A program made the position numbers and the translations under genes. The notes beneath the pieces were generated by a model. The model searched no databases and was not told where the DNA came from. It was given only the letters and a program-made list of their open reading frames with translations. A stretch of DNA of 64,000 bases. Origin: Candidatus Firestoneibacteriota bacterium. GTDB lineage: Bacteria > Oederibacteriota > D2-FULL-39-29. Shown here one piece after another: positions 34,922 to 42,629 of the stretch. The DNA lies in the NCBI GenBank assembly GCA_903928075.1, contig CAIYPD010000115.1, positions 371-64,370 of the forward strand. Reading direction: 5' to 3'. Position 1 is the stretch's first letter. The number at the start of each line of letters is the position of its first letter.

Positions 34922-37372
34922 TTATGAGATAAACAGGTTGGTGTCTCCAAGTTCCGCGGAATTAAGGTATGTCGCCACGCCGCCGATTTCTATGCCTTCT
35001 ATCAATTCTTCTTTTACTATTCCCATCATATCCATTGACATCTGACAGGCCAGCAGCCGGACGCCTGCCGTTTTTGCCGCAAACATCATAGCTTCAAGTG
35101 AATCAATATTTTTCTTTTTCATTATAAAACGGATAAGCTTCGGACCGATGCCGAACATCTGCATCTGGGAAAGTTTCAACCTGAAAGTCCCCCGCGGCAG
35201 CATAAGGCCAAACATAAAATCGAAGAAACCTTTTTTCATTTTAGGAGCCTTCTTTTTCTTCAGAGCATTTAAACCCCAGAAGGTGAAGAACATAGTAACC
35301 TTTCTCCCCATCGAAGCTGCGCCGTTGGCAATTACGAAAGAAGCCAGTACTTTGTCTAATTCTCCGGAGAAAACAACAATGGTTTTATCATGAGGAATTT
35401 CCCCCGTAAAAGTTTTTTCCGCTCTCTTGCCTTTTTGGATTTTTGCGACAATCTTTTTATCCTTTTCTTCAACAGAAGCGAGCAAATTTCCGGTTGTTTC
35501 ACACCAGGAGGGAATATCATTTCTGAAGCCGGCATCTGTTGAGGTCACTTCCACAATATCGCCTTCCTCAATTTCCGCCATTTTCTTTGCGAGAGCCATA
35601 ATAGGCCCGGGACATTGCAGGCCGCAGGCATCGAGCTTGTAAATCGTGCCTTTTCCCGGGATTACCGTATTTACATCATCTCTTTTATCTATATAATGTC
35701 CCTGGAAAATGCCGACATTCTGCTGGGGCGCGGTGGCCACCTTGTAGAGTTTAAATCCACCGCTTAAGTCATAAACATTATTATATCCGCTGTTCCTTAA
35801 AACCGACTGGGCAAAGTAAGCCATCTTACCCTGATTGCAAACCAGTATTACTTTCTGCTCCCTCGGAATCTCGTTCATCCTCTTTCTTATTTCTGAAAAT
35901 GGAACATTGATAGAGCCGTCAATGTGTCCGAGCTCAAACTCCAGCACGCTTCGTACATCTACAAAAACCGCCTTTTCTTTTTTCAGGCCTTCAACATCTT
36001 CAAATGATACATACGGATTTCTTCCTTCCAGTTGATTTATAGCTATCATTGCCGCAAGATTAACCGGGTCCTTTGCCGAGGAGAAAGGCGGAGCATAAGC
36101 CAATTCCAATTTCGCCAGGTCATAGACCGTCCGGTGCAGTTGGACCATCACCGAGATTACATCAATTCTCTTGTCCACTCCCTCCGGGCCGATTATCTGC
36201 GCGCCCAGCACCCTGCCGTCAGCAGGGCTGTACAGAAATTTCATGTAAAGCGGAAAGGCGTCAGGATAGTAGCCCGCATGGGAGGACGGATTTAAATAGC
36301 ATTTATTATAAATTATTTTTCTTTTTTTAAGAAGTTTTTCACTGCTTCCCGTTGTGGCCGCTGCCAGATCAAAAACCTTGGCAATAGCGGTTCCGGGGGT
36401 ACTTTCATAAACTGCTTTGGCGCCCATAATATTATCTGCAACTATGCGCCCCTGTTTATTGGCCGCATTCGCCAGCGGAATGAGAGAAACACAGTCACAA
36501 GCACTGTCTTTGGTTTCAATAACATCGCCCAAAGCAAAGATCTCGGGATCTGAAGTTCTAAGGCCGGCCGAAACCTTTATGCCGCCTAAAGGACCCAGCT
36601 CCAGACCGGCTTCTTTTGCCAGCGTGGTCTCCGGTTTTACCCCGATGGAGAGAATGACAAAATCCGCTTCTATTTCATAACCGTTTTTTAATTTGAGTTT
36701 CAGGCCTGTTTCCGTTTTCTTTATTTCCGTTACTGCGTTTCCGAGAACCAACTCAACATTTTTTAGTTTAAGATGATCATGGATTACAGCGGCCATTTCC
36801 CCGTCGAGAACATTCAAGACCTGTTCGGCAAGTTCCACTATAGAAACCATCAGCCCGAGATGATGCATGTTCTCCGCCATCTCCAGCCCTATAAAACCGG
36901 CGCCGACTATTGCAGCCTTCTTCGGTTTATTTTCATTTATAAATTTCTTAACCAGGTCCATATCTGAAAGATTTCTTATGGTGAAAATGCGCGAGTCATT
37001 GATGCCGGGAATATCCGGCCGTATAGGCACGCCGCCCGGAGAAAGCACAAGTTTATCGTAACTCTCCTCGTAAACATTGTTATTTATATGGTCTTTGACT
37101 TTTACTTTTTTAGCCTTGCGGTCTATAGAAATTACCTCGGCTTGAGTCCGGACATCGACATTGAATTGATTGTTAAAAATTTCTTTAGAAACAATGGTGA
37201 GTTGGGAGCGGTCTTTTATAACATCCCCGAGATAATAAGGAATACCGCAGTTGGCATAAGATATCTCCGCGCCGCGTTCAAACATAATAATCTCATTTTT
37301 CTCGTCAAGCCGCCTTAAACGCGCAGCTGTGGAAGCGCCGCCGGCAACTCCGCCCACTATTACAATTTTCAT
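34922..37372 (-). CDS. CoA-disulfide/persulfide reductase-like flavoprotein fused to rhodanese, TusA-like and DsrE-like domains
   Basis: The N-terminus is VIVGGVAGGAS, with the redox Cys in ISYANCGIPYY. A rhodanese block follows (VFVDVRSVLEFELGHIDGSINVP...LVCNQG). Next is the TusA motif CGLQCPGPIM. The C-terminus is DsrE/F-like (IVVFSGELDKVLASFVIANGAA...). Confidence 0.85.
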   Translation of the reverse strand: MKIVIVGGVAGGASTAARLRRLDEKNEIIMFERGAEISYANCGIPYYLGDVIKDRSQLTIVSKEIFNNQFNVDVRTQAEVISIDRKAKKVKVKDHINNNVYEESYDKLVLSPGGVPIRPDIPGINDSRIFTIRNLSDMDLVKKFINENKPKKAAIVGAGFIGLEMAENMHHLGLMVSIVELAEQVLNVLDGEMAAVIHDHLKLKNVELVLGNAVTEIKKTETGLKLKLKNGYEIEADFVILSIGVKPETTLAKEAGLELGPLGGIKVSAGLRTSDPEIFALGDVIETKDSACDCVSLIPLANAANKQGRIVADNIMGAKAVYESTPGTAIAKVFDLAAATTGSSEKLLKKRKIIYNKCYLNPSSHAGYYPDAFPLYMKFLYSPADGRVLGAQIIGPEGVDKRIDVISVMVQLHRTVYDLAKLELAYAPPFSSAKDPVNLAAMIAINQLEGRNPYVSFEDVEGLKKEKAVFVDVRSVLEFELGHIDGSINVPFSEIRKRMNEIPREQKVILVCNQGKMAYFAQSVLRNSGYNNVYDLSGGFKLYKVATAPQQNVGIFQGHYIDKRDDVNTVIPGKGTIYKLDACGLQCPGPIMALAKKMAEIEEGDIVEVTSTDAGFRNDIPSWCETTGNLLASVEEKDKKIVAKIQKGKRAEKTFTGEIPHDKTIVVFSGELDKVLASFVIANGAASMGRKVTMFFTFWGLNALKKKKAPKMKKGFFDFMFGLMLPRGTFRLKLSQMQMFGIGPKLIRFIMKKKNIDSLEAMMFAAKTAGVRLLACQMSMDMMGIVKEELIEGIEIGGVATYLNSAELGDTNLFIS

Positions 37373-37429
37373 CTGTTTCCCTCCGAAAGATAGCTTCTGT
37401 ATCTAATGCTACAGTTGTAGAGCAGGACG

Positions 37430-37451
37430 CTATATGATGCATATCATATAG
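37430..37451. promoter_or_regulatory. 9-4-9 inverted repeat (CTATATGAT-gcat-ATCATATAG), candidate operator
   Basis: Perfect arms, 58-79 nt upstream of the CoADR-fusion ATG. Confidence 0.3.
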
Positions 37452-37496
37452 ATATACCGGTTTCCAAATATAATCTGCGGCGGGAGCGTGCTTTTT

Positions 37497-37967
37497 CTAT
37501 TTAAATTTCTCTGCGAAGCTTGTAATTCTTTCTTCTTTTATTTTATATACACTTTCTTTTACTTTTACCGCCTGTTTAATAATAAACCTCTCCAGAAAAT
37601 TCATTTTATTAAAATCAAATATGCCGCCAAAATAATCTTTTGCGCAAGCCCTCTCGAAAAGTTCCCCTGGGAAATTCTTTTTTATCTGCTCTTCGGCCTC
37701 GCGGCCTTCGTACATGCAACAGATAAAAAGCCCGAGTTTTTTCTTCAAAAGTTCTTTTTTATTTTTCTCACAGAACTTTTTAAGGTTTCGCTTAACACTT
37801 CCTGCCTGCACAGAACCGCCGATAATAACCGCGTCATAACCGGAAAAATCAAATTCCGGGTTTTCCTTTAAATCCGCCAGCACTGCGCCAAATAGTTTAA
37901 ACTTAAGGAGTTCTGCACACTTCCTAGTAGCGCCGTGCCGCGTCGAATATATTATCACCGTTGACAT
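37497..37967 (-). CDS. flavodoxin-domain protein (HemG/flavodoxin_5-like)
   Basis: 156 aa. The N-terminus VIIYSTRHGATRKCAE is present. Confidence 0.75.
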   Translation of the reverse strand: MSTVIIYSTRHGATRKCAELLKFKLFGAVLADLKENPEFDFSGYDAVIIGGSVQAGSVKRNLKKFCEKNKKELLKKKLGLFICCMYEGREAEEQIKKNFPGELFERACAKDYFGGIFDFNKMNFLERFIIKQAVKVKESVYKIKEERITSFAEKFK

Positions 37968-37992
37968 AATATCCCTTTTTTTTTAATAAGAT

Positions 37993-38016
37993 TCTCCGCC
38001 ACAAAGCGTTGGCGGA
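37993..38016. repeat. core-less CCGCC...GGCGG element fragment
   Basis: ctccgccacaaagcgttggcgga. Confidence 0.5.
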
Positions 38017-38127
38017 TTTCGCTATGCTCAACTTCTCATAATTCATCTTGTTTTTCTTCTATCTATTATCTATTGCTCTACTCCGCCCTCGGTCTTTCGC
38101 CTTTCGTCCTTAGTTCTTGCTAAGCCT

Positions 38128-38216
38128 CTCCGCCAAAGTTATTTGGCGAGATCTCGCCGCAGGCGGACAAACATCTCCGCCAAGTTAGCTTGGCGAGATC
38201 TCGCTGAAGGCGGACA
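38128..38216. repeat. two tandem full copies of the GAGATCTC-core nested palindromic element
   Basis: The copy at 38128-38169 reads CTCCGCC-aaagttattt-GGCGAGATCTCGCC-gca-GGCGGACA. The copy at 38175-38216 reads CTCCGCC-aagttagctt-GGCGAGATCTCGCT-gaa-GGCGGACA. Confidence 0.85.
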
Positions 38217-38221
38217 ACCCT

Positions 38222-38983
38222 CTAAACCTCTTTTTTTTCAAGTACTGCCACATAAGAATAATACTTTGAAGGATATATCTTCGCAACTTTCCAGCCCGTA
38301 CCTGCTACTATTTTTTTTAATTCCTTCGGGGAAACGCGGATATAATCCATGAAGTCCGTCTCATAACGGCCGTAAGCAAGTTTCACTCTAAAAGACCCGG
38401 GGTGCCGTTTCTTTTTTTTATTAAACGCCCTGTAACTTCTAAAAACCGGGGTGTTAGAATCATAACTTTCCGTTATTATTCTGGCGCCCGGCGGCGTGAT
38501 TTTATGGAACCTTTTTAATAGGTATTTTGCTTTCTTTTCGGTGCCGAAGAGACCGAAATTATTACATAACATAAGGAAAACATCGAACTTCCCGGTCTTC
38601 CCGCTAATCTTCTCTATGGACAGAACCCGAGCTTTCTTTAAGCCTCTTTTTTTACAAACCTTTATGGCTAAAGGCGAATTATCAATACCGGTAACCTTAA
38701 TACCTTTTTCTTGCAAATAGAGTGCGTGCCGGCCGGTGCCGCAGCCAATATCCAGAACTTTATCTATTTTTTTAATATGCTTTAGGGCTCTTTTTTCGCG
38801 GACCGGCCAGTTGGGGTATTTATCAAAGTAAACTTTTAACCCGCCGGCGTCGCTCATGAGTCCGTCATCTCTTTTGGCTATCAAATAACCGGCACCCTGC
38901 CTGTGGTAGGCATAAAGCGCCGCGCCGAATGCGTCTTTAAATTTTTTCAAAGTATCTTTTCCCAGTAGCCGACATCTATCCAT
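38222..38983 (-). CDS. class I SAM-dependent methyltransferase
   Basis: Motif I VLDIGCGTGRHALYL. It overlaps the upstream GNAT gene by 37 nt, so the start is uncertain. Confidence 0.75.
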   Translation of the reverse strand: MDRCRLLGKDTLKKFKDAFGAALYAYHRQGAGYLIAKRDDGLMSDAGGLKVYFDKYPNWPVREKRALKHIKKIDKVLDIGCGTGRHALYLQEKGIKVTGIDNSPLAIKVCKKRGLKKARVLSIEKISGKTGKFDVFLMLCNNFGLFGTEKKAKYLLKRFHKITPPGARIITESYDSNTPVFRSYRAFNKKKKRHPGSFRVKLAYGRYETDFMDYIRVSPKELKKIVAGTGWKVAKIYPSKYYSYVAVLEKKEV

Positions 38984-39432
38984 TTATTAAACTTCCACCC
39001 GACCTTTTTGAAATGAGCTACTTTTTTAAACCCGAGTTTTTCGTGCAGCCCTACGCTTACTTTATTTGGAAGCGCAATACCGCCTATCATTACGGCGCAA
39101 TCCGTGTTTTTCAGCTTCGCAATCAAGCTCCCATAAAGAATTTTTCCATAACCCCGGCCCAGATGGTCCTTGTGAAGATAGACCGTCAGTTCCCTCGAAT
39201 GTCTGTAGGCGGCTCTTTCCTGAAATTCCGAAGCATAAGCATACCCGATAATTTCTCCCTCCACAAGCCCTACAAGCCAGGGGAACCTTTTTGAGCGGAC
39301 ATTTATCCTTTTTGCAATTTCGGCAGGTTTTAGGGTTTCTATTTCAAATGTAATAGGAGTATTTTTTATATAGTGATTATATATCTTTGTAATAGAGTCC
39401 GCATCTTTTTTAGTTGCATTCCGGATTAACAT
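38947..39432 (-). CDS. GNAT N-acetyltransferase, phosphinothricin-acetyltransferase-like
   Basis: IRNATKKDADSITKIYNHYI..., and the acetyl-CoA loop GRGYGKILY. Confidence 0.8.
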   Translation of the reverse strand: MLIRNATKKDADSITKIYNHYIKNTPITFEIETLKPAEIAKRINVRSKRFPWLVGLVEGEIIGYAYASEFQERAAYRHSRELTVYLHKDHLGRGYGKILYGSLIAKLKNTDCAVMIGGIALPNKVSVGLHEKLGFKKVAHFKKVGWKFNKWIDVGYWEKIL

Positions 39433-39445
39433 TGCACTCTCCTCC

Positions 39446-39781
39446 TTATTTATTTTTTAATTTTCTTTTACCGTTTTTCGGCGCCACTTTATTAACATAG
39501 TCCCAGTAAGAATCTTTTGTCAGGGGCTTTCTTTTAACCTCAAGTTCGGCAGTTTCTGCTAAAATTGCAATTTTTTTATTGATAATAAACTGCAGGCAGT
39601 TAGGCACATGGTTGCCGAAATACCTATGCTGCATAACACAATGGTAACAGTCCCCGTGCCATTCGCATTTCTTCTTGGGACAGGTGCATTTATTGTATTT
39701 ACCTTCAGCCATCATACTGCGAATTTTCTTAATTACTTTTACAAACTTTTGTTTTGTCACCGGACTCCTCCCTGACTTCAT
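39446..39781 (-). CDS. small Cys/His-rich protein (DUF6485-like)
   Basis: CTCPKKKCEWHGDCYHCVMQHRYFGNHVPNC motif. The true start may be the internal MM at about residue 23. Confidence 0.6.
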   Translation of the reverse strand: MKSGRSPVTKQKFVKVIKKIRSMMAEGKYNKCTCPKKKCEWHGDCYHCVMQHRYFGNHVPNCLQFIINKKIAILAETAELEVKRKPLTKDSYWDYVNKVAPKNGKRKLKNK

Positions 39782-39805
39782 ACTGCTCCCTTGTATATGT
39801 AAATT

Positions 39806-40615
39806 TTACTTTTTTCTGGCTTTTATTGACATTATCATAGGAACACTTTTCTTGTGATTACTCTTCCAATAACCATTTCCTAAACCGGTCAACCCGCCCC
39901 AATTAAAAAAGGAAAAAGGGAATTCGTGAATGAATTCAATATCAAGGTTGTTTTTTATTATTGGATTAACAATATCTGATATTGTATGCTGCCATTCGTA
40001 TTGAACCTTGTTTTTCAGTTTTTTATCTATATTTACATACGAATATTCAGCGACATACTTATTCGGTTTTTTATTATGAAAATAATCCTGCTCAACCCAA
40101 AATATATCGCCTCTAAGTTTAAAATTATATTCAAGCGTGGTTTGAAAAGGGTGCCCGTCAATTATATAAAGTATCCCTCCCTTCTTTAAATATTTACCCG
40201 CTATTTTAATCCATTTTGACATATCGGAGATCCAGCAGAGAACCCCGTACGAGGCAATCACTACATCGAACTTCCCGCTTAACTTTTCAGGCAGGCCAAA
40301 GATATCAGAACATATGAAATTTGCCTTTAAATTTGCTTTCTTTTTAAGCATATTGGCGAGGTTTATCGCTTCATCAGAGAAATCTACACCCGTAACAATC
40401 GCCCCCTTTCTTGCCCAGGAGAGGGTATCCAGGCCAAAATGGCACTGGAGATGCAATAACTTTTTATTCTTTACCTTCCCCAGTTCTTTCAATTCAAGGG
40501 GCAATAAGGTCGATTTCCCCGCCAAAAATTCTTTAACCTTGTAATCTTTCGAAAGAAAATGCGCTTTGGCCCGTTCATTCCAGTTTTTCTTGTTTATGCT
40601 TGTGTATTTGTCCAT
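39806..40615 (-). CDS. class I SAM-dependent methyltransferase
   Basis: LLHLQCHFGLDT and VDFS motifs are present. By eye the gene is more AT-rich than its flanks. Confidence 0.75.
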   Translation of the reverse strand: MDKYTSINKKNWNERAKAHFLSKDYKVKEFLAGKSTLLPLELKELGKVKNKKLLHLQCHFGLDTLSWARKGAIVTGVDFSDEAINLANMLKKKANLKANFICSDIFGLPEKLSGKFDVVIASYGVLCWISDMSKWIKIAGKYLKKGGILYIIDGHPFQTTLEYNFKLRGDIFWVEQDYFHNKKPNKYVAEYSYVNIDKKLKNKVQYEWQHTISDIVNPIIKNNLDIEFIHEFPFSFFNWGGLTGLGNGYWKSNHKKSVPMIMSIKARKK

Positions 40616-40691
40616 TTTTCCTTCTACAGGGCAGTGATTATATCTTATCTTAGATGCTTCATCATTTACTGTTTCGAAATAGTTTTTATTT

Positions 40692-40700
40692 TGCTATAAT
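40692..40700 (+). promoter_or_regulatory. extended -10 promoter (TGcTATAAT) upstream of tRNA-Gln
   Basis: TG at 40692-93 and TATAAT at 40695-40700, 26 nt before the first base of the tRNA. Confidence 0.4.
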
Positions 40701-40726
40701 AATAACATTCTAACATTTTTTTTCGT

Positions 40727-40800
40727 TCCGGGGTAGTGTAATGGTAACACAGCGGCCTTTGACGTCGCACTTCGTGGTTCGAGCCCACGCCCCGGAGCCA
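40727..40800 (+). tRNA. tRNA-Gln (anticodon UUG), CCA encoded
   Basis: Cloverleaf folded by hand. The acceptor stem TCCGGGG/CCCCGGA has 7 bp and the D stem is GTGT/ACAC. The anticodon stem GCGGC/GTCGC carries the loop C-T-TTG-A-C. The T arm is CGTGG-TTCGAGC-CCACG. The discriminator is G, followed by CCA. 74 nt in total. Confidence 0.9.
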
Positions 40801-40809
40801 TAAACCATT

Positions 40810-40865
40810 CACTATCGTTCAGGTATATGGCGCGCCATGGAATATATTAAAGTGAATGGTTTATG
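40810..40865 (+). repeat. 56-bp direct repeat, copy 1
   Basis: cactatcgttcaggtatatggcgcgccatggaatatattaaagtgaatggtttatg. It matches copy 2 at 54 of 56 positions. Positions 40801-13 and 40851-63 can form a 13-bp stem. Confidence 0.85.
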
Positions 40866-40930
40866 CCCTGTACCCGACCTCATTTTATTCATTTCGTTCA
40901 ATTTCAAGGAGTGGTTCAGGGCTTTCTTAT

Positions 40931-40986
40931 CACTATATTTCAGGTATATGGCGCGCCATGGAATATATTAAAGTGAATGGTTTATG
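40931..40986 (+). repeat. 56-bp direct repeat, copy 2
   Basis: Starts 121 bp downstream of the start of copy 1 and ends 19 nt before the GIY-YIG start. Confidence 0.85.
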
Positions 40987-41005
40987 TGTACTGGGGTGCA
41001 CTCCA

Positions 41006-41284
41006 ATGTTAAACTTTTATTATGTATATATACTTCTGAGTTTGAAAGATAATCATTTCTATATTGGTTTTACAGATAATTTAGAACGACGATTGAAGGA
41101 ACACGAACAAGGAAAAAATATATCTACTTCCAAACGACTTCCCATAAAATTAATCTTTTTTGAAGGTCATCTTTTCAAAGAAGATGCTTTAAGAAGAGAA
41201 TCTTACTTTAAAACAACAAAAGGTAAAACCACATTAAAGCAGATGTTAACGGAGTTTTTCAAAAACAATCAGAGCAATTTTTAG
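41006..41284 (+). CDS. GIY-YIG nuclease family protein (UPF0213/COG2827-like, 92 aa)
   Basis: FYYVYILLSLKDNHFYIGFTDNLERRLKEHEQG...EDALRRESYFKT is the GIY-YIG signature. The track ORF start at 40856 runs into the direct repeats. The gene is AT-rich. Confidence 0.8.
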   Translation: MLNFYYVYILLSLKDNHFYIGFTDNLERRLKEHEQGKNISTSKRLPIKLIFFEGHLFKEDALRRESYFKTTKGKTTLKQMLTEFFKNNQSNF

Positions 41285-41304
41285 TTTCGCTATTTTTGCC
41301 TTTT

Positions 41305-42573
41305 CTAAAACAACTTTCGCATCAACTCCGCATATATGGCTGTCGTATTTACAATATCCCCGGTGGTGGTAAATTCATCATCAGCGTGGTAATTTTTGCC
41401 TTCAACGCCAAAAGCCACTGTCGGAACCTTAAGGACTTTGGAAAAGTAAGCGGAATCTACTCTGCCGCCGGTCATGAGCATTTTCGGTTCCCTGCCGAAG
41501 TATTTTTTCAGTATAGCGCCAAGATACCGGCAAAGCGGTGCGTCTTCTGCAATACTTGAATGGGTCATTCCTTTTGATACTATCTTTACTTTAAAAGTCC
41601 CGTCTTTTTTCGCAATTTTATTTATGAGATAAGTTATTTCTCTCTCTGCCTTTTTCATGCTTTCTTCAGGAATAACCCTTCTGTCCACCGTAAAGGTAAA
41701 TTTATCAGGAACGGCGTTGCTCTTCGTACCGCCGCCGGCAACACCGCCTATCATCATAGTTGCAACCCCCGAAAGAGGCTTGGTCACATAATATTTTGAT
41801 TTCCGTTTTTCTATTTTCTTTCTTAAAGCCTCGAGCACTGTCACTATTTTCACAGCCTTAAGAAAAGCATTTACCCCTTCATTATGTGAAGAAGCGTGCG
41901 CTGGCTTTCCGATAACTGTGACCTCAAAATTTACTATCCCCCGGTGCGCGACCGTAAGCTGATTACCTCCGCCACCGTCTCCCTCAATAACCGCATCTGC
42001 TTTTGAAAGTTTTTTGGCGCAGATATAACCCGAGCCGCATTCTCCGCCTATCTCCTCGTCCGGCACAAAGCTGAATTCAAGGTTCCAGCCCGGTTTAATT
42101 TTTAATTTTTTCAAGATTTTTACCGCTGTAAGCATGGCAACTATTCCGTGCTTCATATCCGCCGCGCCCCGACCCATGAGTTTATCCCCGATAATCCTGA
42201 GTTTAAAAGGATCCGCGGTAAAACCGCTTGAAGCCGGGACTACATCATAATGCCCGTTAAAATGCAGAGTTTTCTTAGCTCCGGTGTCCAGGGAAGCAAG
42301 TAAAATATACCTGGGATATTTCCGGTTGGCCTCAGGGAGTTGGTCTATAAATTTCTTTTCCGTAACCTTAAAAAGCTTCGTCTTGAGCCCTATTTTTTTG
42401 CACTCTTTCTCTAAAAGGTCAACGCACTTTTTATAGTTAAGCCCGGGATTAGACAAAGTGGGAATAGCCACAAGTTTACCAAGCGTAGCAACAATGTACT
42501 TCCGTTCTTTTAAAGCTTCCCGTTTGAAAATATCCAGCATATTTACCCCGCTGTAACGCATTTCATTTATCAC
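41305..42573 (-). CDS. M20-family metallopeptidase (ArgE/DapE-like)
   Basis: LHFNGHYDVVP, VPDEEIGG and the dimerisation-domain pattern are present. The start may be the ATG at 42540 (MLDIFK...) rather than the GTG at 42573. Confidence 0.8.
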   Translation of the reverse strand: MINEMRYSGVNMLDIFKREALKERKYIVATLGKLVAIPTLSNPGLNYKKCVDLLEKECKKIGLKTKLFKVTEKKFIDQLPEANRKYPRYILLASLDTGAKKTLHFNGHYDVVPASSGFTADPFKLRIIGDKLMGRGAADMKHGIVAMLTAVKILKKLKIKPGWNLEFSFVPDEEIGGECGSGYICAKKLSKADAVIEGDGGGGNQLTVAHRGIVNFEVTVIGKPAHASSHNEGVNAFLKAVKIVTVLEALRKKIEKRKSKYYVTKPLSGVATMMIGGVAGGGTKSNAVPDKFTFTVDRRVIPEESMKKAEREITYLINKIAKKDGTFKVKIVSKGMTHSSIAEDAPLCRYLGAILKKYFGREPKMLMTGGRVDSAYFSKVLKVPTVAFGVEGKNYHADDEFTTTGDIVNTTAIYAELMRKLF

Positions 42574-42586
42574 GATTGTCTTTTTC

Positions 42587-42629
42587 CTTTATGGACTTTT
42601 ACAAACCTTACGGACTTTATGGACTGTTA
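42587..42629. repeat. degenerate 9-10-nt tandem array (TTAYRGACY-type)
   Basis: ctttatggacttttacaaaccttacggactttatggactgttat, immediately after the radA stop. Confidence 0.6.

Noticed and set aside
38128-38216. Tandem 42-bp palindromic repeats considered as a mini CRISPR array
   Set aside because: There are only two copies separated by 5 bp, so no spacer-sized unique sequence exists. The same element occurs singly at many loci, and there are no cas genes.
40856-41005. Longer 142-aa version of the GIY-YIG ORF
   Set aside because: The extension is read through the 56-bp direct repeats. The GIY-YIG domain begins right at the ATG at 41006, giving the 92-aa size typical of this family.
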